A DNA stretch of 64,000 nucleotides from Hypanus sabinus (GCF_030144855.1 NC_082719.1:46624001-46688000), one strand, 5' to 3'. Shown: positions 1 through 12,846, counted from the stretch's first letter. Notes: generated from the letters alone by a model not told the origin. Numbers and translations are program-made.

Positions 1-620
1 CGTGCGTCCAGCACTGGGGAGGCGGATTTCCCTGCGCCGGCAGCGGCAAGGCGCGCCCACTCCCCATTGTTTGGGAATATGGGCAAATACACTACTTCTG
101 CCAACTGAAAACAAAACCTGGTTTATTGCTCGAGCTTTTTTTTAAGAAAAAGCACCGGGGACTATTATGAAACTCTGCACTCGTGGGGTGAGAACTTCCA
201 AAAACAAAACCTGTGCGAAACAATGCTGAGTGCAACAGTTGCACCGAAGTGAAACCAGAGCCGGAGGAAGGCTGATCCGGGTCCGACCCGTCGGGATGGT
301 GACGGGGGTGTTGCCATGCCTGCTGCTCGCATTGCTCACCTGCGGCGTGGCCGTCTGCAGCGGTCAGGGCGAGTTCTGCCACGGCTGGATAGACAGCGCC
401 GGGAAGTGGCACGACGGCTTCCAGTGCCCGGAGGACTACGACCGCGAAGATGCGGCCATCTGCTGCGGTTCCTGCTCCCTGCGCTATTGCTGCGCCGCGG
501 CGGCGGCCAGGCTCGCCCAGGGCCGCTGCACTAACGACAGGGAGCGGCACGGCGCCAACCCGGCGGCACGTAAGTGGCACTCCCCCTCCCCTGCCCCGCT
601 AAGGACGGTTGGTTAACCGT
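1..620. promoter_or_regulatory. CpG island over the shisa3 promoter, 5'UTR and exon 1
   Basis: High GC and dense CpG (e.g. cgcgccggcagcggc, cgccgcggcggcggcc) against an AT-rich, CpG-depleted background. Confidence 0.7.
296..569 (+). CDS. shisa3: Protein shisa-3, coding exon 1 (signal peptide and Cys-rich Shisa domain)
   Basis: ATG at 296 (gggATGG) gives [23 protein letters not shown] (signal peptide), then [24 protein letters not shown]...[12 protein letters not shown]...[10 protein letters not shown], the Shisa cysteine pattern. Donor C|GTAAGT at 570, phase 1. Confidence 0.95.
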
Positions 621-3549
621 TGTGTTATTTTAAATAACTGCGTTTACAATATCGCGCCATCGGATACTACCAGATTAGGGGCATTTATTTCGGGTGATAA
701 CAGCCACTGAATCACCTATCCCTTTCCCGGGCCATCCGAATCAAGGAAATAACCCACCACCTATCAAATCTGCTCTGGTAAAATCATAACTTTCGTTTTC
801 AGTGTATTTTATCACAATCACCAAAAAATTATCACTTGCGTACAAACCATCCATCTCCGAAATCCAATTCTGGTTTAGGATGCTCAAATCGTACATGCGG
901 GCTGCTTACCTCAGTTTCATTACACATGAACGAAAATCGATAGCTCCTCGTCACCAACACTTCCAGCACTTCGTTAAATTTTGGTTCGTGCAATTCGCCC
1001 TTTCAACAATTACCATCAGTTTGTTTTTAGTTGTGTTTTCATTTAGTTTTCATTTCTATAGTTTGCCCGAAATCACCAGGGGCATCGCCCTAACAAACAT
1101 ACGCATGTACCAGTGGAAATGCTAACTAAATTTATTTATGGCTTAAGAGAAAGTCTCTGTTATGAAAGTGTTGGCTTTGGTGGGGAGAGGTGTAAAAATA
1201 TTTGACGGATTCACTATTGGACTTTCCCCGGACTGTAAACCGTAGAAACATAGGTGGTTGTGGCTATAACGCGTTGTATAAGAACCTTTCAGTCTTGGGG
1301 AGATTGGAGGAGCGCGTTTTCTGCGGGCGAGACTTGTCTGGAGTTTTGTTTTCAGAAAATTTCAAGGGCTTTTGAATGCATTTTATTCGTTAGTTATTCG
1401 TATTAGTTGATTAGTTAATTAACATCTGCCGCCTATAACTTAAAGAGATGTAATAAAGTATTCGTTTTCAAACTGGCATTCAAGTGCAGCCGAACCACGT
1501 TAGGTTTTGTAAAGGTCTGTGCAAGCCATCGGGTGTCAATTTAAACAAATTTCTGCTGGATTGTATTACAGGTGGAGATGGGAAATATATTAACGTGGTG
1601 TGCTAGCTTGAGATGTGAATTTTCAGTGAATCAGATAAGCATGAAATTGCATTAGCCTCATCTATAAAGGGAGGGAAAGGTAAGCCAGGATAACGAGGGT
1701 CTATGTGACAGCTTCTCTATTGATAACCTCAGAGATCCAGGCTCGTCTTACATTTCTTCCTAGTATCAGATACAACCACAATCCCCAGAACGTGACACTG
1801 ATGGATCTCTTGGGATCGCCGGGACAGTTTCAAACTTTCTCAACTTTCTATCAGATGGATGGAGTTCCGCTCCGCCCAGCGCACGGTATCAGCCGAAATC
1901 TAATATCCGGCACGATATTAACACAGGAATTCCTTCACCGCGCCAAACTCATGGCGGCCTCTTGCTTAGCAAATAGGCTACAGTCAAACCCTGTCGTTCC
2001 TCGACAGTGGATAGAAGGGGAATGTAGGGTGGCAATTTATTTCCAGTAAACCAGTGAGTCTTTGCTCAAGTGATGCCGCCTTTCTCGTTAAATTATCTGT
2101 CCAAAATGTTCAAATCATTGTCTCAACCCCCGTCCGGCGAGGGCTCGGAGAGATATTCGAATAAAGTGCAGACTGTGTTTAGTTGGCACGATTAGCACGA
2201 TCCATTTGAAAATCATTTAGTGACAAATTGGACATTTTAGTTCAAAACACCAGTATATTAAACGGATCGATTTAAATGTCGAAATTTTGAATGGTGGTGG
2301 ACTTGCTGTCGTGGTTATTCGGAATTTGTAAAGGACATTTCGTCCCTATCATTATTCACACTCAACATTGTGATTGGAATAGTTTTTTCCGCTTGTTTTG
2401 CTGTGTTTAGTTTGTTGTGTTTAGAATATTTCAGGAGTGTTCTAATGGGAGAAGAAATGCAGGGCTTTGAAAAAGTTATCTTGACAACAAACAATGATCT
2501 AAATCATCCTGTTCGAAGGTTGAGGGTAATTAAACTTTTTCGTGTGAAGTTGGGTCCGGAGATGTTAGTGAAATTCTGTTAGTTGTCTGAAATTAAAAAA
2601 AAACAATTACACAATAAGCATTTTAAGAATATTTCTTCCAAATCATTTGCGATTTTATGAGAGTTCGTCTGTGAAACTGACATTTCTGCCCAAAATTGTA
2701 ACCCATATTTAAATAAGAAATATTTACACTTAAAACATCTTGACTTTTACCTTTAAGCATTTTGTAATCCTTTAGCCTTATTATGTCAGTAAAATAAGCA
2801 AAATTGCAAAAAGGCAGATTTTTTTTCAGGACAGTTATATGTAGAAGTAATGTAGAAGATGTAGAAGTAATATTTGTTGTAAAAGACATTTTAATAGACG
2901 CCTTTTTAACTTTTACTTGTACACTGTACATAAAGGATCGACGCTAAATTTATTGAAAAAAAACGACTGCATTTTTAGGTTTTGGTGATATCTCAGTCAC
3001 AAGTAAATCCGATCCTTGCACTGCGGCCTGAGATATTTTGCAGGAGAAATTTTCCTGTGCTCTGTAAGAAGACACTGACGAGTTTATCAGGTCGTGTCAG
3101 TTTACAATCCGTCAACCCACCCGCCGATAGCCGTTTGAGAGCGGGGATACGAGTTGTGCCAAACGCTTTACAAGCTCTGGTTAACACGAATACTTTCCCC
3201 TCTGTAAGCAAGTACCGCGCGCTACCGACGGCGGCCAGGTCACGTCGGAACCGCATGATAGATATAGTTTCGATTCCTCCATTGCCCGGTTGCCCGTTGT
3301 AGGTTCGCTGTGTCACTCTGCTGAACAGTTATGATTTATATTGGAGGTTAATGGGTTTCTGATTTCGTTCTCATTTACTCTGCGTCGCAGTTTCACAGCA
3401 GAATAATAAAGCGGCAAGGCGCTTCCTCATTTCACAATTTATCGTTGTAGAAGGAAATCGGGCAAGTTACGAAAAAATCTTCATAACTTCTGCAACAATC
3501 TGCATTAATCAGCCAACAAACAGTAATTTGTTTTATTTAATAATTAAGA

Positions 3550-5463
3550 AGAAAAGCTTACAAAAGGTTCAGAGAGCTAGGTAATGTTAGAGATCTGGAA
3601 GATTATAAGGCTAGCAGGGAGGAGCTTAAGAATGAAATTAGGAGAGCCAGAAGGGGCTATGAGAAGGCCTCGGTGAGCAGGATTAAGGAAAACCCCAAGG
3701 CATTCTACAAGGATGTGAAGAGCAAGAGGATAAGATGTGAAAGGATTGGACCAATCAAGTGTGACAGTGGGAAAGTGTGTATGGAACCGGAGGAAATAGC
3801 AGAGGTACTTAGTGAATACTTTATATTCACTGTGGAAAAGGATCTTGGTGATTGCAGTTATGACTTGCAGCAGACTGAAAAGTTTGAGCATGTAGATATT
3901 AAGAAAGAGAACGTGCTGGAGCTTTTGGAAAGGATCAAGTTGGATAAGTCACCAGGACTGCACAGGATGCACCCCAGGCTACTGTGGGAGGCGAGGGAGG
4001 AGATTGCTGAGCCTCTGGTGATGATCTTTGCATCATCAGTGGGAATGAGAGAGGTTCCAGAGGACTGGAGGGTTGCAGATATTGTTCCCTTATTTAAGAA
4101 AGGAGTAGAGATATCCCAGGAAATTATAGACCAGTGAGTTTTACCTCAGTGGTTGGTAAGCTGTTGGAGAAGATCCTGAGAGGCAGAATTTATGAACATT
4201 TGGAAAGGCATGATATGATTAGGAATAGTCAGCATGGCTTTGTCTAGGGCAGGTCATGTCTTATGAATCTGATTGAATTTTTTCAGGATGTGACTAAACA
4301 CATTGATGAAGGAAGAGCAGTGTATATGGAATTCAGCAAGTCATTTGTTAGGGTGCCCCATGCAAGGCTTATTGAGAAAGTAAGGAGGCAAGGGATCCAG
4401 GGGGACATTGCTTTGTGGATCCAGAACTGGCTTTCCCACAGACGGCAAAGAGTGGTTGTAGACAGGTTATATTCTGTGTGGAGGTTGGTGACCAGTGGTG
4501 TACCTCAGGGATCTGTTCTGGGTCCCTTATTCTTTGTGATTTTTATAAATGACCTGGATGAGGAAGTGGAGGGATGGGTTAGTAAGTTTTGCTGATGACA
4601 CAAAGTTTGGAGGTGTTGTGGATAGTGTGGAGGGCGGTCAGAGATTACAGCAGGACATTGATAGGATGCAAAAATGGGCTGAGAAGTGGCAGATGGAGTT
4701 CAACCCAGATATGAAGTGATTCATTTTGGTAGGTCAAATATGATGGCAGAATACAGTATTAATGGTAAGACTCTTGGCAGTGTGGAGGATCAGAGGGATC
4801 TTGGGGTCCGTGTCAATAGGACACACAAAGCTGCTGCACAGGTTGACTCTGTGGTTAAGAAGGCATTGGCCTTCATCAACTGAGGGATCAAGTTCAAGAG
4901 ATGAGACGTAATGTTGCAGCTATATAGGACCCTGGTCAGACCCTGGTTCTGGTCACCTCACTACAGGAAGGATGTGGAAGCCATAGAAAGGGTGCAGAGG
5001 AGATTTACAAGGATGTTGCCTGGATTGGGGAGCATGCCTTATGAGAATAGGTTAAGTGAACTCGGCCTTTTCTCCTTGGAGCGAAGGAGGATGAGAGGTG
5101 ATCTGATAGAGTTGTACAAGATGATGAGAGGCTTTGATCGTGTGGATAGTCAGAGGCTTTTTTGCAGGGCTGAAATGGTTGCCACAAGAGGACAGAGGTT
5201 TAAGGTGTTGGGGAGTAGGTACAGAGGAGTTGTCGGGTTAAGGTTTTTACGCAGAGAGTGATGAGTGCGTGGAATGGGCTGTCAGCAACAGAGGTGGAGG
5301 TGGATACGATAGGGTCTTTTAAGAGACTTCTGGATAGGTACATGGAGTTTAGAAAAATAGAGGGCTATAGGTAACCCTAGTAATCTCTAAGGTAGGGACA
5401 TGTTTGGCACAACTTTGTGGGCCAAAGGGCCTGTATTGTGCTGTAGGTTTTTTTATGTTTCTA
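3550..5463 (+). mobile_element. 5'-truncated CR1-type LINE (RT remnant) in the shisa3 intron
   Basis: ORF pieces [81 protein letters not shown]. 3' tail ctgtattgtgctgtaggttttttttatgtttcta. Many frameshifts. Confidence 0.95.
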
Positions 5464-5689
5464 ATAAGCTGATAGTCACATAATGGGGCTCAAGATATTA
5501 GAGATGCTTTCATTAAGACCAAACCTGTTTCCTCCAGCAATATTTTTTTTGCCTGGCTGCAAAATAAAATTATTCAATCCATGTTTAATCTCTCTTTATA
5601 TAACTGAGATTTACACGTGTCCCAGTAGATTACATTTTGCAATCTCTGACCATATTGCTAATTCAGTGCTATTCTCTGTTTCTCTACAG

Positions 5690-6207
5690 AGCCCATCTAT
5701 GTGCCCTTTCTCATTGTTGGCTCCATATTTATTGCTTTCATCATCGTGGGTTCCCTGGTGGCAGTGTACTGTTGCACCTGCCTCAGACCCAAACAACCAA
5801 ACCCGCAGCCCGTGCGGTTCTCGATGCGGAATCACCAGACAGAGACTATTCCCATGATCCCAACCTTCACCAACCTGAGGACACCCTCCAGACAGTCCAG
5901 CACTGCCACTAGTTCCAGCTCAACGGGCGGCTCCATCCACCGATTCTCCATCGGCCGGTCCGAGCCAGGACATGGCTGTCTGGTTCCATCTCCTCCGCCG
6001 GCTTACAGCTCCCCCAGCTGCCTACCAGCCGGACACCTCAACCAAGGTCAGGGATTCCTCGTTCCCCAGCAGTACTTTGCCTACAGCCTGCAGCCAGATT
6101 CATTCGCAATGGGCAAAAATTTCAGTGACTTCAGCCAGAACCGCTCGAAGTCTCAGAGCACGACTTCGCAGAACGCTGAACAAGTGATATACAACACAGG
6201 TTTATAA
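5690..6207 (+). CDS. shisa3: Protein shisa-3, coding exon 2 (TM helix, Cys cluster, Ser-rich and PPxY cytoplasmic tail)
   Basis: Acceptor ttctctgtttctctacag|AG. Splicing gives QPIYVPFLIVGSIFIAFIIVGSLVAVYCCTCLRPKQP...PSRQSSTATSSSST...PPPAY...NTGL*. Spliced CDS is 792 nt (263 aa). The TM sequence and the atp8a1 neighbour indicate shisa3 rather than shisa2. Confidence 0.95.
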
Positions 6208-7113
6208 GAGAGGATATTTTGGAAAGAGATTGTTTACAAACGGCAGCAGCATGAAGCAACCTTCTCTCCCTTTTGGAAAGGGTTGTTCCATAGTTGAGAT
6301 CGTGGGTGCAGTCTCCAGCTGCTAGTCATCTGACATTTAACAGAATGCTTGAAAGCTGGGTCCCACTATAGGTCCAGTCAAAGCGGATATTGGCAAATAT
6401 TAATGGGCCTGGCCTGCTCCACAAATTTTTTTTAAGTGATATCTTGAAGGTGATCAACTGGTGCAGCTTTCTAAACTGTTCCTTTGTCCTGTTTGTCCTG
6501 TCATAATTTTTTTTTCACAGAAAATATAACTTTAAGTCATCAAGAAGATTACGTGATGTTAACAGTGACATTAAAACACTTCAGAGGTGCGGTCCAAGGA
6601 AAGAGTACCGTCTTCACTGATGTACAGTTTATCTACCAATGATGACTGGAAACCAGCAGAACATCATCCACTAGAATGAATTTTGAGTTACGAATCTCAT
6701 CCCTGACGCTGAAATCAAGCTGACAAGGGTACATAATAAAGTGGAATATTGAAATCTCAGTTAATAACAGAATCCTCTAGGAAAACTCTGTGAAATAACC
6801 AATAACTTGAATATCAACTTAAGGGTCATTTAAAAAATACTATATACTAAGTTCTTCCTCTTTTGAATGCCTTATCTAAATATTGAAATTTAAAAATATT
6901 AATTTATAGAGAAATTGTGCAACATTGTCTTGACTCTGACCCATCTTCCACATATTTACAGGACATCAAAATTACTAATTATTTTAGTAATCACTTTACC
7001 ATTTAATTAAATGACTAAACTAAATTTATAGTGGAAAAATTGCATAGGAATATTTTATAAGATGTCTATTCCAAAATCATGTTAACTTAAAGATCTGAAA
7101 TTAAAATTGCTTT

Positions 7114-7119
7114 AATAAA
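7114..7119 (+). terminator. Candidate shisa3 polyadenylation signal (another AATAAA at 6735-6740)
   Basis: AATAAA followed by GT/T-rich sequence (ttgttggtt...tgtttg). Usage is unverified. Confidence 0.35.
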
Positions 7120-8459
7120 ATATGCAAAATAGAATTGTTGGTTAAGGTGCTTGATGTTTGATCTCTTACTTTATGCTTGAGATTGAGTAGAAGATATTAT
7201 TTGTATGGAAAAACACACAATTCTAAAGTTCCTGAACAGTGTTCAGTAGACCAAATCATGAAAGTTTGCAGACCTAAATGATTATCAAGGACAACTTGCT
7301 ATTTATCACCTTAGAAATACCTTGTATGAAATGGACTGAGTCCTTGATTCTAGTAGGGGCAAAAGGGCCTGATTTTCCAGCCAAGCTCTTCTAATTCCAG
7401 CTACAAAAGGGCGAAAGAAGGAGTGTTCAGCATAGGGCAGCAACACACCTGTCTCGTAAACTGAAATGCCAGCAGAAGTTCCAAGGACTTCATCTCTGGA
7501 ACCAGAGGGATCTTCAAGGATAGGCTACACCTGAGGGGCAGTGCTGGCACGGTTGACTCTGGCAAGCTGCTGTTGGCAGCCTGTGCCCCAGTAGGAGTGA
7601 GTAAGTGCTTCACAACAACATCTCAGAACATATGTGACAATGAGCACCGATACTGAAGTTCTCAACTCTAGACTTTCAGAAGGATTTTATCAAAGGGAAG
7701 TTAATGTAAAGGCATTATCATCATAATAACCATCAACTTTAGGATGGTTCTTCACATTTACACAGAACATGAGCATTAGTCATATCAAATCTACAGTAAT
7801 AAAGAACTTTGGCACAATTATTATGAGCACATTTTATTTTGTCATGGAGTCTGACAAAAATGAGCCACTATCAGATAATTGGAATGCCGATGGAATGGAA
7901 ATAAAGCACAGAGAAAATGCTTAGTAGTTCAGACAGTATCTGTGGAAAAGAACTATTTTTTTCTCCCCATAGTTGCTAGCTGTTCAGCTCTGAATTTATT
8001 CCTGTTATTTCAAATTTCCAGAATAAATAGTGGTTGGGTTATATATTTGTAACCTTTTTGCAAAATAATGCAAATTTTAGGGTCTGCAGAGTTGAAGGAA
8101 CTACCCTACAGAACATATGATCTTCAGTTCGAAGTTCATTAAAATGGAACACTTTTATACAGTAAAAAAGCACATTACCTGCATGATTAATTTTAAGTTT
8201 TCAACATGTAGATAGACATTTTCAAGATTTAGAAATATTGATAATACATTGGGTTTAGGAATATGCCTCGCTTCCGTAAACTCTTAAGTCACTAATTGAA
8301 TTATCATTCAATTTGCTGTATGCAGACAGCTTTGTGTAAACCCCACTTCAGAATGGTTCTGACCGAGGCTCCAAGTTCAGAGAACAACTCACAAAGAACC
8401 TGAGTTCAAACCAGGATTTATATAATTTTATGCTTATCTAGCATAAAATTATAGGGTGA

Positions 8460-8612
8460 CTAACTCTTCCAGCCCAAAGAACTTGTGCTGCCTCATTACA
8501 CCCATGTGACTGACTTGAGAGGAAACCATGCAGTTATGGGGCGAACATGCAAACGCCTTCCAGACAGCTGGGTCTGTAACAGCATTACACTAACTGCTAT
8601 GCTATCGTGCCG
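8460..8612 (-). mobile_element. Degenerate tRNA-derived V-SINE-like fragment
   Basis: Reverse complement starts cggcacgatagcatagcagttagtgtaatgctg (A-box-like) and contains gtttgcatgttcgcccc...catggtttcctc, similar to the copies at 54.9 and 56.3 kb. Confidence 0.5.
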
Positions 8613-10949
8613 TCCAAATTTATTGGAAGTGGTATCTACCAGGGAACGTACAGCATGGACAAATTATCTCTTTAGCTTGATAGGAACATTATTGGTTACA
8701 AATACCATCATCAACTGGACTGACAACCAGCACTTGTTTTCCAATTGCACTTCATTTACGTGCACAAGGAGAACTGTCCAGCCCCAGTCACTTAACGGTT
8801 CTAAAACTTCTCCTCAGAATTGTTAATTTTATACAGATATTGGCCAACTTAAATCTTGTGCAACTTCTAATAATCACTTATTTAGCATATATAGGATAAA
8901 ATTACTAATCATGATACATTCTTACAGCCATTAATTATCAATATAAACTAATGCTATTTAATCCTTTACCTGCATTTAATCTGATCAAAAGCAGCCAATT
9001 ATACCTTTTTTTTTGGTAAAGAGTTATTGCCCAATAGTTCATGTGTGCTTCCTAATCCTTCATTAGCAAAATATTTTAGGAAATTTTTCATTTGGGTAAC
9101 TTAAGTGAAAATTATAGAAGAATTAACCATATAGTTATTTCACTAAAAAGGAAAGGAGAGAACCAGGTTGAATGCTAGTTGTTTCCTTAACCAGAGACTT
9201 TATAGACCTTTGGAACAAGTTGCTACAATTGTGGTTGACAATTCTTTACTCTTTAAAGTGATCTAAACCTGTTTTTTAAGATCTGACATTTGCTTCATGT
9301 GCAAGATAAGTACAAGTAAAAATAGAAGAGTGGACTACCCTCAATCATCAAAAAGTTTGGAAAGGAATTTTCCCAATTTGTTTTGGGTCTTTAGACTTTT
9401 GCCCTTCTTAGTTTGCATGGCTCCAGTGAAATTGGTAACACACTATGTACTGTAAAAAATTATGGCACCGTGTTTTCAGGGAACAATATTGTGTTTTTCA
9501 GGTCTTACAATTTCATTTGACAACTAGTCAACTAAACTACTGAGACACTTAGAATTATAGTGAAAAAGAAGAGAAACTGTGGCATATTTTCAGGATGATG
9601 CTGGCGTATCCCCCATGTATTTTGTGTGTATATGAGCACATGTAGAAATCCCAAAACTTCCTTTCTCCACATCTGGCAATGAACTTAGCCAATAATCTGC
9701 CCAGGTTAGATCTGGTACTGGGTCTTCCTCACTGATTCATTCTTGTAAAACACATTTAAAGAAAGGAAATACTAACCAAACTATTACTGTTGCTAAAATT
9801 CAAAAGTTTTTGACAACCTTAATTATTAGTTAAGCTGGGGCTATGATTCAACTAACTGATTGCCAAGGAATTTTCAGCAATTTTTGTAGCTGGGATTTGG
9901 TCCAAACCACTTCTCTGCACTTAATGATGAGTTTTGCACATGGGAAATGTGGGTGACATGTAACACTTAACTGCTGATGTGCACTTCTTTATTCTGGAAA
10001 TGCTTGCCTGGGATAGGAGCAAGTTCAAACTCAGTACAGAGGTAAGAAGAGGGTTGCCTGATGCATAATGTACTGTTTTGGTTTTGGATCTCCTTAATCA
10101 TTCTGTAGAATTTTGAAGTGGAAGGAAGTGATATGTAATTTTGAATGTCTGAATGCAATGACAGATCAAAAACTCAAAAGAGACAACTAAAAATAAAAGA
10201 GGGAAAAAAGCATTATGAAAAATCAAAAGCTTGAGTAATAAGATAATATTGACTTGATTTTGTCATCCATACTAGAGGGATGAGTGGTTTTCATGACAAT
10301 TATTGCACACATCAAAATGCCACTGTTTTGACTCCTATCCCCTCCAGAATCTGAATGGGAACAGTGCAAAATTGAAAGGCTCACTATTTAATTATAGGGA
10401 GTTTATTTGAAGCCAATCTTTGCATTTGGACATTTTAAAAATATCACACTTACTCTTTTAAGTTATCTAATTGCATATAAATTAGTTTGATCTCAAATAA
10501 GCTTTCATTACATTAGCCTTATATGACAAAAATTATTAGAGCACAAGATCATGTGTGCTATTAGACATCCACTGGAATTTGAGTAATCCTACCTTTATCT
10601 AACTTTCTATATTCTTCTTTTCCAACTATAAAACCAATTCCCCATTTTATTTTAGAGATTTTTGATAAAGCTCTATTTAAACTCTGCATTAAAACTTCCT
10701 TTCAAATTTCTGACTAATCTTCCTAATAGTAAGACCCATAAGATACAGGAGCAGGATTAGATCATTTGGCCCATCAGGTCTGTTCTGATGATCGTTAATA
10801 ATCATTAGGCCAACTCTTTCTTATCAGATAATTATCCTAAGCAAAGAATGCGCACATCTTCTGTTTTACTTATCCAATGGAAATAAAGTTAATTGTTTGA
10901 ACTTTCCTCACTGCTTCATTATGACACAAGTATCTCTCACCATTTCGAG

Positions 10950-12191
10950 AGTTACGTACACGCAGCCCTCTATAAGTATCAGCAACAATAGAACATGCCT
11001 GGAGTCTGGCTTTGCTGTTAACAAATCACTATTTTATTAGTAACTACGTAATATAGTAACTTAAACCAGGTAAATCAAAGTTAACAGTGTTATGCATATA
11101 TAGGTGTAAAAATGAAGTTCCCAAACTTATTCAAGCTCAGGTGGCAAGAGTTACAGTCTTACGATGGTATGTAAGAAAAGTTCAGTTCAGATGCACAGGT
11201 TAATTAATGTGAGATGTTTGTAATCCAAAGGCGAATGTTGCGAGAAGGCAATTACATTGATATTCCACAGATTCCATGACAGCAATACAAAATAATAATA
11301 GCAGTAGGTTTTACCTCCAAAGTTGTTCCACTGCACACATGAAGTATCTCCAACAGTGATCTTCAATAAATATCCTTTCAGTGCAAGTGGTACCACACCC
11401 GAATTCAGCTACAGGACGTCACAAAGTGGAGGCCACAGGATACTCAAACAGAATCCACGTATGGATTATCACCAATAGTAGCTTATCACAAAGGGGACCA
11501 ACTTCAAGGGAACCAACTCCCAGGCAAGGGTTGACTCACCGGTAGATTCCACAAGGTTACCCCAAACACACAATATGATAGCCACTTATCCAGTTCCACG
11601 AATTATGAAATAACTCCAGCAGTGATTTGCCACAGGGGTGCCTTTCTTCAGTGAACTACCACACCCAGACAAGGGTAAACACACATGTGGTATTCACAAA
11701 GGTTTCCCCCTCACCAGAGAACCCACTCCTGTGGATTAACTAAGTGACAATCACACTTCGTAGCCGAATGGAAACAAACTCACCTTCATGGGCAACTTAG
11801 AGAGTCCAAACAGTGATCCCTTTGTCAAACCTTCCTCTCCTCTCTTCTCTGTAGAACAACTTCTAGTTGCAGCAAACTTGTGAGAGTCATTTATCAATAC
11901 TTAGGATTGATCTCAACTCACCCCCTTTGGGCTAATGAAGGTTTAAACCAGCGACCAACTCACTGGTGTCTTCCATTGATTGAATCCATCTCGACTCTAA
12001 CTGTGTGTCTCTGTGTCCTTGTAAAAAGTAAACAAGCTACAGGGAAACCATAACATTCGATTGTCAATCAAACAACTCCACCTCTCTCTCTCTCTCTGGA
12101 GCAACTCAAACAGTGTCCAAAAGTCAGTCCCATTCCCTTGGTGTTTTAAAGTGACCGTCCACAGAAAAAAGAACCCTAGGGGTACATAACA
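10950..12191. mobile_element. Probable solo LTR (Gypsy-like), about 1.24 kb
   Basis: Ends are inverted repeats, (a)GTTACGTACAC ... GGTACATAACA (TG...CA type, first base changed). Near-perfect 4-bp flank duplication cgag/ctag. Internal short direct repeats and no ORF. Confidence 0.6.
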
Positions 12192-12305
12192 CTAGAGCTG
12201 CATGCAATGATTAGACACAAGTTTGGCAAAAAATCAACATTATTTTTGTGGTTAAAATCTAGTGATTGAGTTTGTGTTTTCAGTGACCTCTTCCATCACT
12301 ACTTA

Positions 12306-12846
12306 CACTCAGTGGCCACTTTATTAGGAACCTTCTGTACCTAATAAGGTGACCACAGTGTATGTTTGTGGTGTTCTGCTGCTGTAGCCCATGTACTTTA
12401 AGGTTTGATGTGTTATGCGTACAGAGATGCTCTTCTATGTACCGTTATTGTAGTGCATAGTTATTTGAGTTAGTCGTTGTCAATTTGAATCAGTCTGGCT
12501 ATTCTCCTTCGACATCTCTCATTAACAAAGCATGTTCGCCCACAAAACTGCTACTCATTAGATGTCTTTTTTGTTTTTCGCACTATTCCCTGTAAACTCT
12601 GGTGCCTGCTGAGTGTGGAAATCTTAAGAGGTTAGCAGTTTCTGAGTCACTCAAACTACCCTGTCTGGCAGCAACAATCATTCCACAGTTAAAGTAACTT
12701 AATCATATTTCTTCCTCATTCTGATGTTTGGTGAGAACTAAAGCTGAGCCTCTTGACCGTGTCTGCATGCTTTCATGTATTGAGTTGCTGCCACATGATT
12801 GCTTAGATATTTGTACAGGTGCACTTAATAAAATGGCCACTGAGTG
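12306..12846 (-). mobile_element. Tc1-family deletion derivative (non-autonomous)
   Basis: TIRs CACTCAGTGGCCACTTTATTAGG (after TA at 12304) and ...cttaataaaatggccactgagtg. The minus strand encodes a decayed Tc1 paired-HTH (SETANLLRF...TRVYRE...FCGR...KSIS...TLKYMGYSSR.P). Confidence 0.85.

Noticed and set aside
230-295. N-terminal extension from the GTG at 230
   Set aside because: ATG 296 has a good Kozak context and puts the signal peptide at the N-terminus; the GTG start comes from the ORF caller.
92-580. 162-aa minus-strand ORF, and ORFs 142-339 and 316-534
   Set aside because: Antisense or off-frame shadows of the GC-rich shisa3 exon 1, with no recognisable domain.
802-3316. Intronic ORFs of 100-115 aa (802, 1705, 2623, 2982, 2993)
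   Set aside because: No protein-family motifs or supporting splice structure; lengths are compatible with chance.
296-6207. Assignment as shisa2
   Set aside because: The TM and juxtamembrane sequence (GSIFIAFII.GS.VA.YCCTCLRPK) and the atp8a1-type neighbour fit shisa3; shisa2 pairs with atp8a2.
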